The notes under the pieces are model-generated. The model was given only the letters and a program-made list of their open reading frames with translations, was not told the DNA's origin and did not search any database. A stretch of 64,000 nt of DNA. Source: Deltaproteobacteria bacterium. Its GTDB lineage: Bacteria; Bdellovibrionota_B; Oligoflexia; Oligoflexales; Bog-1112. Location: assembly GCA_016186945.1 (NCBI GenBank), contig JACPKR010000038.1, positions 15,472-79,471 on the forward strand, given 5' to 3'. Position numbers and translations under genes: made by a program. Positions 53,297 through 61,751 of the stretch are shown here, in pieces (position 1 is the stretch's first letter; the number at the start of each line of letters is the position of its first letter).

Positions 53297-55645
53297 TTAC
53301 GAGGAAATTTTTCTCAAGATCGGCAAAACACATCCGGCGATAAAATAGACCGTAAGAGCTGCGGAAAAGGTCACGGTGAAGCCGAAATGCAGGGTACCGA
53401 TCTGAGCCAGGATCGAGCTTAACACAGAAACACTGCCGTTAATGGCCCAAGCCCAGGAGACATAGTGAGAGGATGCCTCGGCGATCCTTTGAATTCCCAA
53501 GACAAACGGAAAGCCCATCAGAAATGCCAAGGGGACAATCAAACCTACGATCGCAAGTAGGTCCACCCCGGGCGGAAATGAAGGGGCCACTCTCGCCAAG
53601 GCAGACAATGCAAAGCACAGAACGCCGCCGTACGCGCAAAGAACGGTGAATAAGCCCAGCCCCCACACTGTTGCCGGCTCCTTTGATGCCAGTTTCTTGG
53701 CTCCCAGTGCTCCCAATCCTCCCCCCACCAGGAAAGAAGAAATCCCAATGGACACAGCCAAAACGCTTTGTCCAAGAAGCAGCTTCAGTTTTTCAATCAC
53801 GGCAATCTCAATCACAATAAAAGAGAAACCAATCGCTGAAAAATAAATCGCAAATGCAAGCAGTGACCCTGGTGACGCTTTCAGGCGCGCATGGCTCAAA
53901 GGCCATAAGGGCAAGAGGATAAAAAGGATGCTACAAATCGCTGCCATAAAAAGTGAGGCCCATAAGTGGAAGTAATCCGCTTCCACTGGGAAAAAACGTG
54001 GGTTCATGCCCTTACGTACCCAGTCTCCAAAGAAGGAAAGCTTGCTGGAATTGAGAAAATGAGGGCTGTCAAAGTTTGGCACCGTCAAGTCGAAGGGGTA
54101 AGCCTCCACGAATTCGTGGACGGCCTCTTCATTTTCTTGAGCAAGAAGTGTGTAAACGTTGGACGCTCCCTCCAGGGGATAAAGCACCCGAAAGGCGTTG
54201 CGGTTACAAAATGATTCGATGCGTTGTTCTTCCTCCCGCAGAGGGCTTGTCCCCGCAAGGATTAAAACGGTCTGCAAACTTTCGATCACTAAGCTTGAAT
54301 CACGAGGGAAGGTATCCAGGATCATGCGCCAGGCTTTTAAGGATTCCTTCGCCGGAAAATGGTTCCAAAGGGAAATCGCGAATAGGCCCCCAGGTGCCAA
54401 TCTTTCTCGATAGGTCTGGAACATTTCGAGAGTGAAGGCTTCCTGACTGTCATTTTGAGAACCTAGGAATGCTGACGGGCTTCCCAGGGTGTCGGATAGG
54501 TGGATGATATCATAGGACGCTTCCGACCCCATGAGGGAGAGGGGGGAATCGGGGGGCGAGTGAAGCATCTCTTCCCCAAAAGGAGGCATAAAGGCAGGCT
54601 CTAAACTTCCGAGGAAATCGAAAAGCTTGCGATTGCGTTCCACCACCGTCAGCGAGGTGACATTGTGAAACCTTGCGAGCCGTACCAGATCGCCACCACC
54701 TAACCCCACTTGGAGAACCTTGGCCTTCTCTCTTAGTTTATACGGCAGGCTTTCGGGCGTGTGTTCGAAGTACTGCCAGTCTTCTTCCCCACCCGATCCC
54801 TGTGTGACAGCGAAGAACGTTCCTCCGTTGATGAAAAGTCCCCATTGTTTCGGCACCACACCTTCAAAGTACAAACTGAGGCCGGGAGCGTAACGAAAAG
54901 GGATGCGAGCCGACTCGACAAGGGAAATCTGTGCATAGGCTGATGAACTTTCCGCAAGAACCCGTGTCTCAGGTACAAACATTGCTTTTGCTAGCGGCTT
55001 GTAAGACGTTGAACTCGGGGACCAGTCTTTGGGGGAAATAACGAAGAGAAAAACCAGAAATCCAGAAAACGCACCGAGGAGTTTCCCTAAGTTTAACGGT
55101 GTAATGACTACGAAAGACAGGACACCCAATAAACTTGCCGCTGCCAGAGCTTTCCCGGGTGCCAGAATTTCGAGAAACACAAAGGCACACAAGCCCCCCA
55201 AACCGGCTCCCACAAGATCAGAAAAATAAACGCGATGCAGTTGCTCCGGTCTGAACACCATAGCAAGATTGATACAGTTGGAGACGAAAAAGAAAGGTAG
55301 AGATAACGCGCAGAAATACAGGAAAAGATAAAGGAGCGGGCGCCAACCCCAAAGCAGTTCGTTCGGGTTGTAATCAAAGGTCGTGACTAGGAGAAAACTC
55401 AAAACTGAGCTAATCGAAAACAACAATGAATTGTAAGCAAGGAACGAAAATGGATCTGCCTTGTCGTGGAATTTTTTCAGGTAACTCAGAAAAGACCCGC
55501 TATAACCAAAACCCAGCAAGGCTAGAGAAATGATTACACCAATTACGGAACTTTCCTGCACGATGGCAAGAAGCCGAAAAAGAACAATTTCGTAGGTCAG
55601 ACCTGCGCATGAGATCCCAAATACGAATAAGAACAGTCTATTCAT
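53297..55645 (-). CDS. polytopic membrane protein fused to a spermidine synthase-like (class I methyltransferase-fold) domain
   Basis: N- and C-terminal multi-TM blocks flank VLQVGLGGGDLVRLA...VVERN...YDIIHLSD (SpeE-like). The ATG at 55645 overlaps the pcm stop by 8 nt. Confidence 0.55.
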   Translation of the reverse strand: MNRLFLFVFGISCAGLTYEIVLFRLLAIVQESSVIGVIISLALLGFGYSGSFLSYLKKFHDKADPFSFLAYNSLLFSISSVLSFLLVTTFDYNPNELLWGWRPLLYLFLYFCALSLPFFFVSNCINLAMVFRPEQLHRVYFSDLVGAGLGGLCAFVFLEILAPGKALAAASLLGVLSFVVITPLNLGKLLGAFSGFLVFLFVISPKDWSPSSTSYKPLAKAMFVPETRVLAESSSAYAQISLVESARIPFRYAPGLSLYFEGVVPKQWGLFINGGTFFAVTQGSGGEEDWQYFEHTPESLPYKLREKAKVLQVGLGGGDLVRLARFHNVTSLTVVERNRKLFDFLGSLEPAFMPPFGEEMLHSPPDSPLSLMGSEASYDIIHLSDTLGSPSAFLGSQNDSQEAFTLEMFQTYRERLAPGGLFAISLWNHFPAKESLKAWRMILDTFPRDSSLVIESLQTVLILAGTSPLREEEQRIESFCNRNAFRVLYPLEGASNVYTLLAQENEEAVHEFVEAYPFDLTVPNFDSPHFLNSSKLSFFGDWVRKGMNPRFFPVEADYFHLWASLFMAAICSILFILLPLWPLSHARLKASPGSLLAFAIYFSAIGFSFIVIEIAVIEKLKLLLGQSVLAVSIGISSFLVGGGLGALGAKKLASKEPATVWGLGLFTVLCAYGGVLCFALSALARVAPSFPPGVDLLAIVGLIVPLAFLMGFPFVLGIQRIAEASSHYVSWAWAINGSVSVLSSILAQIGTLHFGFTVTFSAALTVYFIAGCVLPILRKISS

Positions 55646-56381
55646 TGATAGCACCCGTGAACGGCACAAATTGCACAGGTAGAATGCGTTTCGTTTCGAC
55701 ACCCTTTTCCGTTTTGGTGACGACCGTCAGGTATTGCGTCTGGAAAGGCGGCCCGACGGGAATGACCAGCCTGCCCCCGACTTTGAGTTGCTTCAGCAGG
55801 GGGGGAGGAATGTGACTGGCTGCTGCTGTGACGAGGATACCGTCAAAGGGCGCTTTGCTTTTATCGGGCCAACCGTAATACCCATCTCCGACCTTCCCTA
55901 AAACGTTTTTCAAACCTGCGTCTTCAAATCGTTTCTGCGCTGCTTCCCCTAGCTTGTCGATAATTTCAATGGTGTAAACTTCCTTCGCAAGATGGCTTAA
56001 AACAGCAGCCTGGTATCCAGAACCCGTTCCTATCTCAAGCACGCGGTCGTAGGCCTTCACCTCAAGGAGATCCGTCATCAAGGCAACAATGTAAGGCTGA
56101 GAAATCGTCTGGCCATAACCGATCGGCAGTGGCTGATCGAAATAGGCCAATGCCCGAAGGGCGGGAGGCACGAAGAGGTGCCGGGGAGTCTTCCGAAGTG
56201 CCGCATAGGTAGACTCGGCAAAATCCCCTCTTCCCGTGGAATAGGATGTCAACCGAGCTTCCTGCCTGATGGTATCTATTAGGTCCATAAGTTCCCCTTC
56301 CCATCCGAGCGGCCTAGCTCCCTTATCGGCTGCGACGAGGGCAAAGGATATATAAATTAACAATATTAGAGGCTTGGTCAT
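55638..56381 (-). CDS. pcm: protein-L-isoaspartate O-methyltransferase, with signal peptide
   Basis: GQTISQPYIVALM, VLEIGTGSGYQAAVL and GGRLVIPVG motifs. ATG at 56381 chosen because the track ORF extends through MITE-1. Confidence 0.85.
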   Translation of the reverse strand: MTKPLILLIYISFALVAADKGARPLGWEGELMDLIDTIRQEARLTSYSTGRGDFAESTYAALRKTPRHLFVPPALRALAYFDQPLPIGYGQTISQPYIVALMTDLLEVKAYDRVLEIGTGSGYQAAVLSHLAKEVYTIEIIDKLGEAAQKRFEDAGLKNVLGKVGDGYYGWPDKSKAPFDGILVTAAASHIPPPLLKQLKVGGRLVIPVGPPFQTQYLTVVTKTEKGVETKRILPVQFVPFTGAINE

Positions 56382-56436
56382 TTCGTCCCTCGTCCGACAT
56401 CTCTCTCTTTTTCGGACGGAAGGGGCAGGAATCTGA

Positions 56437-56596
56437 GTAATGCGTAAGCCAGGTAATGCGTAAGCCACTTGGGGCAAGGAGGTGGTTTGGAGGAAACTGC
56501 GCAGCTGGTTCCTCCAAGCAATCCCTTGGGGGGGCGACGGTTCCCTCGCCCCCCCAAATCCCCCTCTCCCTATTTGCCCCAAGTGGCTTACGCATT
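56437..56596 (+). mobile_element. MITE-1 copy 14 (full length, both TIRs, left TIR partly duplicated)
   Basis: GTAATGCGTAAGCCAG+GTAATGCGTAAGCCACTTGGGGCAAGGAGGTGG...CTATTTGCCCCAAGTGGCTTACGCATT. Confidence 0.9.
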
Positions 56597-57586
56597 CCAA
56601 ATATCGTCAACCGGCTCATCTTCGTTGCGCATGGAAAGGCCAACGATGCGAGGTCGGAGGGAAGGAGGAAGTATGTCGGGATTGACAACGGGCATCTGTC
56701 TACGAAGTGGAGAAGGGTTGCGCACAGAAAAATCTAATGATGCTAAGATGGCGCGTGCTATATACCAGACAGCTTGATGATCCGTTCCGTGTGCGGTTTT
56801 GATGGCGACCCCCAAGCCTTGCGGAAAATCAGCGTGACGAATACCTAAGCACAAAAGGCCATCTGCACCTTCTTTGGATACAACCTGCCCCATGCACGCT
56901 TTCATGACGATTGAGTCGACCCGGTTCATGCCTCCAATAAGATAAGGGTTGCGCACCATTGCTTCCCAAACCCAATCACTGTCCTTGTTTTTTGCGAGAG
57001 AACTAAAGAGTGTTGCCAATTCCCTCAACCTGAAAGAGACAGTGGGAAGATTACATCCGTCCTTTGCTATGAATTGCGGAGACCATTGAGGACCGAGTGT
57101 CTGGCGTATGACGTCGATAAATCCTTTATGAAAAGGGTGGGTCGGCAAATTATAGCTCACACGTGGCCACCCCTTTAATTGACAACCTCGCAAGAGGGCT
57201 GAATGCTCACCGGAGCAGGTATGATACCAACGACTAGGTTTGCGAATCTGTTTGCCAAATTGTTGAAGAGGAAGAGTGTGAGGTGTTTGCACCAAACGTT
57301 GTTCAGACGGTCTGAGGATACTTTTCGCTAGTTCCAGATGGCAAGGTTCTGCGTTGTGTGAGGACACACCGATGGCCTTTTGCTCCCAGGTTAAACTCTT
57401 GTCCAGCTCCTTCGAAAAGACTTTGATGTGAAATGGTTTGACTGACGAGCGACCGTAGGTCGTGATGTCTCCCCCGTGGGAATGGATCAGCTTATTTCCA
57501 CTTACCCAAGCGACGGCACCTAACTTTGCAACTTCACAAAGGCCTGCTCTTCGGTATTCAACCAATATTTCCCAATGATTTTTCAT
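56588..57586 (-). CDS. asparaginase II (PF06089-like) family protein
   Basis: RSSVKPF, SSHN.EP.H, HTCSGEHSALL, DGCNLPT and KEGADGL blocks in the order of the L-asparaginase II family. The last codons and TAA lie in the MITE-1 TIR. Confidence 0.6.
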   Translation of the reverse strand: MKNHWEILVEYRRAGLCEVAKLGAVAWVSGNKLIHSHGGDITTYGRSSVKPFHIKVFSKELDKSLTWEQKAIGVSSHNAEPCHLELAKSILRPSEQRLVQTPHTLPLQQFGKQIRKPSRWYHTCSGEHSALLRGCQLKGWPRVSYNLPTHPFHKGFIDVIRQTLGPQWSPQFIAKDGCNLPTVSFRLRELATLFSSLAKNKDSDWVWEAMVRNPYLIGGMNRVDSIVMKACMGQVVSKEGADGLLCLGIRHADFPQGLGVAIKTAHGTDHQAVWYIARAILASLDFSVRNPSPLRRQMPVVNPDILPPSLRPRIVGLSMRNEDEPVDDIWNA

Positions 57587-57610
57587 AAGTTCCTCTCAAT
57601 GTGTGAGTGC

Positions 57611-58258
57611 TTACTGTTTCGCAGTTGCGAAGCGGACAAACTCAGCGTCAAGATAACGAAGGGGTAGGTGCTCGTCACGGCCTTTGGGGATTCCCAGGCG
57701 AGTGGTTGCAATGACCCTTCGCGGTCCACAGCCTGAATCGCTAATGTAAAAACTTTGCTGATCGAATTGTTTCTGATCCCATTCGGGGACTTTCAGATTG
57801 AGGGAGCGGCAGAGTAGGGTTTGGCCTGAGCACAGTTTTTCCACCGGACGTCGTTTGCCACTGAGGGGGTTGAGTTTCTGCATGAGCAAAAGGGGAGGGG
57901 TAAGGGTGATTTCCGAGGTCCCCAAGACGGGGGGAAAAGGATAGACGACTCCGGATTTGATGAGAACCGCGTTTCCTGCGCCGCGGCAGCTTACGTTGAG
58001 GGAATCTTTGCCTCGTGCGTAGTACATGTAGATGGTGCCTGGGGGCATGAAGAGCGCTTTACGTTTTTCCGTAAAACCTAGGGACGAATGGCTAGCTTTT
58101 TCTTCAAGGAGATAGGCTTCGGTTTCAATGATCTGCACGCGAAGCCAGAGAGTCTCGACCTTTCGGCAAATGATTTTCCCTAGCAAGTCCTTTGCCACTT
58201 CCCGAGCGTCTCGGTCGAAAAACGAAGGAGGGAGCAGTGTAAACTTAGCTTTGGTCAT
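57611..58258 (-). CDS. mpg: DNA-3-methyladenine glycosylase (AAG/Mpg family)
   Basis: FFDRDAREVAKDLLGK...IIETEAY...ASHS...GTIYMYYARG pattern. Confidence 0.8.
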   Translation of the reverse strand: MTKAKFTLLPPSFFDRDAREVAKDLLGKIICRKVETLWLRVQIIETEAYLLEEKASHSSLGFTEKRKALFMPPGTIYMYYARGKDSLNVSCRGAGNAVLIKSGVVYPFPPVLGTSEITLTPPLLLMQKLNPLSGKRRPVEKLCSGQTLLCRSLNLKVPEWDQKQFDQQSFYISDSGCGPRRVIATTRLGIPKGRDEHLPLRYLDAEFVRFATAKQ

Positions 58259-58903
58259 TTACAGTTTTCGAACAAGGTTGATGCCATCCCGTACCGTCAG
58301 CAAGACATTTTCAACCCTTTCATCTCTTGCGACGAGTTCGTTGGTTTGGGCGATCGCGGTAGATTCCGCATCACTGCTTGAGGGATCGAGGACTTTTCCT
58401 CCCCAGAGGGCGTTATCGAATACAATAAGACCGCCTTGTCTCAATTTTGGCAGACAAGCTTCATAGTAATTTTTATAGTTCTCTTTGTCCGCATCAATGA
58501 ACACAAAATCGAGCGTTTCTTTCAATTCAGAAATTGTCTTCATAGCGTCCTGAAGTTTTATCGTAATTTTCTTGGCATAGGCACTTCGATCAAAAAAATT
58601 CCGAGCTATTTTTGCGCATTCCGGGTCGACATCGCAGGTGATCAGTCGGCCATCGGGAGGTAATCCTTCGGCTATGCAAAGAGCGGAATATCCAGTGAAC
58701 ATTCCAATTTCAAGCGCACGGCGGGCACCGGAAAGCTGGACGAGCATTTTCAGGAATCTGCCTTCCAAGTGTCCACTTAGCATTTGCGGGACTGCCATTT
58801 TTGCATTGGTCTCGGCTTGAAGTTCTCGCAGAAGCGCTGATTCCGGGTGGATATGACGTCGGCAGTAGTCTTCTATTCCTGCAAGCATGTGATTCTGAAG
58901 CAT
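58259..58903 (-). CDS. class I SAM-dependent O-methyltransferase (caffeoyl-CoA OMT-like)
   Basis: LEIGMFTGYSAL, FVFIDADKENY and GGLIVFDNALWGG motifs. Confidence 0.75.
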   Translation of the reverse strand: MLQNHMLAGIEDYCRRHIHPESALLRELQAETNAKMAVPQMLSGHLEGRFLKMLVQLSGARRALEIGMFTGYSALCIAEGLPPDGRLITCDVDPECAKIARNFFDRSAYAKKITIKLQDAMKTISELKETLDFVFIDADKENYKNYYEACLPKLRQGGLIVFDNALWGGKVLDPSSSDAESTAIAQTNELVARDERVENVLLTVRDGINLVRKL

Positions 58904-59083
58904 CGTAAGTCTCCTTTATTTGTGATGGCGCGCTACCGTTTTAAAGATGCCCCTTGCTATCTAAGTAATTGATAGTAAGATTATAATTTAAGAAGCCTCC
59001 AAAAAAAGGTGAGTATAGATGCCAGGGCTGTGCGGCCGGTTGTCCGCAATTTTTCATACGCCCATTGTGAAGGAGTTAGACGT

Positions 59084-59371
59084 ATGGTCAAGTCAGAACT
59101 GATTGAAAAGTTAGCCGATCGAGCGGGGATTACATTGTTTAAGGCGGAGGAACTCGTAGACCTCTTCTTTAACACCCTATCAGGAACCTTGGGCAAAGGT
59201 GGGCGCATTGAAATCCGAGGGTTCGGTGCCTTTTCTGTAAAGGAGTACAAGGGGTACACGGGTCGAAATCCTAAGACAGGCGAAGAGGTGACCGTTCCCT
59301 CGAAACGCCTACCTGTTTGGAGAACCGGCACTGAGCTTCGTCAACGTGTCGACTCAGTTTTTTCCAAGTGA
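59084..59371 (+). CDS. ihfB: integration host factor beta-like (HU/IHF family) DNA-binding protein
   Basis: ATG at 59084 with an AGGAG RBS. MVKSELIEKLA...GGRIEIRGFGAFS...GRNPKTGE is close to the IHF-beta pattern. Confidence 0.75.
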   Translation: MVKSELIEKLADRAGITLFKAEELVDLFFNTLSGTLGKGGRIEIRGFGAFSVKEYKGYTGRNPKTGEEVTVPSKRLPVWRTGTELRQRVDSVFSK

Positions 59372-59375
59372 GCAC

Positions 59376-60692
59376 TTAGGATCCCGTGGTCAAGCCGCGG
59401 GATGACTTAGGAACTTCGTCGGAACCTTGACTCCGTGACAGGAGTGTCTGAACAGCCGAGGCGCTTGCCCGTATGGTGCCATCGGCGATCTTGAAAAGGG
59501 CATCCTGCATCACTTCTAGAATAATAGCCTTCGCCAGTGTCATGCGAGTGGTCTCATCGTTAGGCCATCTCAGTACATTTTGGCAGAACTTTAATGCAAA
59601 CGGAAAGGTGACTGTAGCCACGGAAACGGTATAGGATTTCTCTGCGAGATAATTCCCAAGTTTTCGCCCAAGTTGGCGCCAGCTGAGGGGTTTTGCCTTG
59701 GGGAACACGAGGTAAATGCGTTTTTCGTGAATTGCCTTCGCAAGCGGAGTGTCCAGTCGCTTTCTCGGAAAGGAACGAAGGAGAAGCTTGTCAACTCCCG
59801 ACTCGGTGATATCCAGGAGGACAGAAACCATGAGGTGCTCCCTGATGTCCTGCCAAAAACGTGTCGGATTGGGAAGAAGATAAGTGCGAATCAAACGGCG
59901 TGCTGAGACTGAAATGATGTTCTTGTTGATGAACGATTGGGTTGTCTCGGCACTGATGAGAAGCCCTGTCCTCAGCAATTCTGTTTTGTCATCCAGAGGC
60001 TCTAGCGCTTCGAAGTCATATTGTTTCGTTGTGGCAACCGCATCGTAGTCCCATAGAGGCAAATGGACGGTGATCTCATCTGGAATCTGATTGAGAAGCG
60101 TTGTAAAGGCTTCGTCTTCATCAAGCAAGACTTTGCAAGCCATGGTGTCAAAGATGTTTCGCAATTCTCTGCTCTCACACATCTTGTCCGCAGCCAGTTC
60201 GAGTAGTCGTAAAGCGAAAGTCATAGCATTCTTATGGTTAGTGTCCTCAAAACGGGAGATCTGCCTGGCGAAGTGGAGGAGAATCTCAGGGAGTCGGGAC
60301 TGAATGAGACTTGCTAAGCTCAAAATGCGCTCAGATTTCATGCGAAAATCGCTAGCAAGTTCGTCGTAGGCCGCAGCGAAAGCCAAGAGTGCATCGCCGT
60401 GCTGCCATCCTTTTTCCGCTTGAAGGTGTGCTTCGAACCAGAAGGGCGCTGAAGTTTCGTCCAGTGTCCACGGAAGTTCCATCAAATTTCGTACATGCAG
60501 CGCGAAGGTCTCGTTGTCGGCCTGGGTATTATGGAGCGAAGCCAGCCACGCCCCGCTTGTAAACGTCGCGAAGGAAGCAAGAATTCCTATTTCAGCGGAC
60601 GGATCATCATCCTGAGTCACCGAGCTGCCACGAGCTGCCAGGGAAAACACACACAACGAGAGTGTAATGATCCGCCTCAAAGATGACCTCAT
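59376..60692 (-). CDS. hypothetical secreted protein (438 aa)
   Basis: Signal-peptide-like N-terminus (ITLSLCVFSLAARG). Mostly helical composition. No family recognised. Confidence 0.5.
   Translation of the reverse strand: MRSSLRRIITLSLCVFSLAARGSSVTQDDDPSAEIGILASFATFTSGAWLASLHNTQADNETFALHVRNLMELPWTLDETSAPFWFEAHLQAEKGWQHGDALLAFAAAYDELASDFRMKSERILSLASLIQSRLPEILLHFARQISRFEDTNHKNAMTFALRLLELAADKMCESRELRNIFDTMACKVLLDEDEAFTTLLNQIPDEITVHLPLWDYDAVATTKQYDFEALEPLDDKTELLRTGLLISAETTQSFINKNIISVSARRLIRTYLLPNPTRFWQDIREHLMVSVLLDITESGVDKLLLRSFPRKRLDTPLAKAIHEKRIYLVFPKAKPLSWRQLGRKLGNYLAEKSYTVSVATVTFPFALKFCQNVLRWPNDETTRMTLAKAIILEVMQDALFKIADGTIRASASAVQTLLSRSQGSDEVPKSSRGLTTGS
59379..59406 (+). repeat. REP-like hairpin element, copy 2
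   Basis: GGATCCCGTGGTCAAGCCGCGGGATGAC, 8 nt after the ihfB-like stop. Also encodes the last 9 residues of the convergent gene. Confidence 0.8.
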
Positions 60693-60758
60693 TTAAAAAC
60701 TTCTTTAATTTCAATAACTTAACTTATCAAAAAGGACAAGGAATTTCTGTGGTGGATG

Positions 60759-60806
60759 GCAAGGAGGTGGTTTGGAGGAAACTGCGCAGCTGGTTCCTCC
60801 AAGAAA
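60759..60806 (+). mobile_element. MITE-1 copy 15 (core only)
   Basis: GCAAGGAGGTGGTTTGGAGGAAACTGCGCAGCTGGTTCCTCCAAGAAA. Confidence 0.8.
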
Positions 60807-60813
60807 GGCTGAA

Positions 60814-61566
60814 TTACTTGCGTTTAAGAAAATGTTTAGGTGGACGAATGGTTTCTACATCTTTCTTCATGATGAAGAGGTAGTTGAATCCCCTAAGGAA
60901 GTAATTACCTTCCACGGCAGAGTTGTGCCAGTTTCTTCGTTTCAGCGTTTGGTTGTGTCGAACAACGCACACGATGTCAACGGGACGAAAGAAGTGGCCC
61001 AGGATATTGAAAAGTTCAAAGCCTAGGGGAACGAAGGGTTTTCCTTTCTTGAAAGAATCACTTACGTAGAGGGCACAGTAGCGTTTGTCACGCAGGACAC
61101 GGTAGATTTCCGCAATGACTTCCGTCATGGCCTCGTAATAGGCATCGCTGCGGGCATCGAGTGTTCCAATGCATTCCTCCTTACCTGAGTAAGTGAGGTG
61201 AGTGGAATAGGGGGGATCAATGAAAACAAAGTCAGAACTTTCGTCCTCCAAAGGAAGAGATCTTGCGTCTGCTTTTACAATGTCGTTGCGGTAAGGAGCT
61301 AGGTCGAAGCCACGACCCTTACGTTTTAAGTCCTTGCAAACATCGAGAGTGGTGCCGCTCCCACACATAGGATCCACGACCGTATCATTTTCCCGTGTGT
61401 AGCGTCGCAGAAGGTTCCATATAACGAAAGACGGGGTTGCTCCCTTGTAGTTTTGATCCCCTTGCACGGATGTTCCGTAATGTTGAGAAGGGTATTCCCA
61501 CAAGGTGGTAGTTTGCAGTTCAAGGGCAGGTTTGCCAAAATTCACTTTATTGTTGTGTAAGTTCAT
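60814..61566 (-). CDS. DNA methyltransferase (N6-adenine/N4-cytosine, DPPY type), no visible restriction partner
   Basis: SAM motif VVDPMCGSGTT and catalytic motif FIDPPYS. ATG at 61566 is preferred because the track ORF runs through MITE-1. Confidence 0.75.
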   Translation of the reverse strand: MNLHNNKVNFGKPALELQTTTLWEYPSQHYGTSVQGDQNYKGATPSFVIWNLLRRYTRENDTVVDPMCGSGTTLDVCKDLKRKGRGFDLAPYRNDIVKADARSLPLEDESSDFVFIDPPYSTHLTYSGKEECIGTLDARSDAYYEAMTEVIAEIYRVLRDKRYCALYVSDSFKKGKPFVPLGFELFNILGHFFRPVDIVCVVRHNQTLKRRNWHNSAVEGNYFLRGFNYLFIMKKDVETIRPPKHFLKRK

Positions 61567-61609
61567 GGGGCAGGTTCTGTCATAAATCAAGGGCAAATGC
61601 AAGAATCTT

Positions 61610-61749
61610 GTAATGCGTAAGCCACTTGGGGCAAATAGGGAGAGGGGGGTTTGGGGGGGCGAGGGAAAAGCCTGCCCTGAGCAAAGCGAAGGGTCGCTCC
61701 CCCAAGGGATTTCTTGGAGGAACCAGCTGCGCAGTTTCCTCCAAACCAC
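61610..61749 (-). mobile_element. MITE-1 copy 16 (long subfamily, one TIR, truncated at the core)
   Basis: GTAATGCGTAAGCCACTTGGGGCAAATAGGGAG...GCCTGCCCTGAGCAAAGCGAAGGGTCGCTC...TTGGAGGAACCAGCTGCGCAGTTTCCTCCAAACCAC. Confidence 0.85.
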
Positions 61750-61751
61750 TT

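Noticed and set aside
59376-60692. Considered as the restriction endonuclease partner of the methyltransferase at 60814-61566
   Set aside because: The protein has a signal-peptide-like N-terminus and helical composition, I see no PD-(D/E)xK or HNH motif, and it is separated from the methyltransferase by a MITE.
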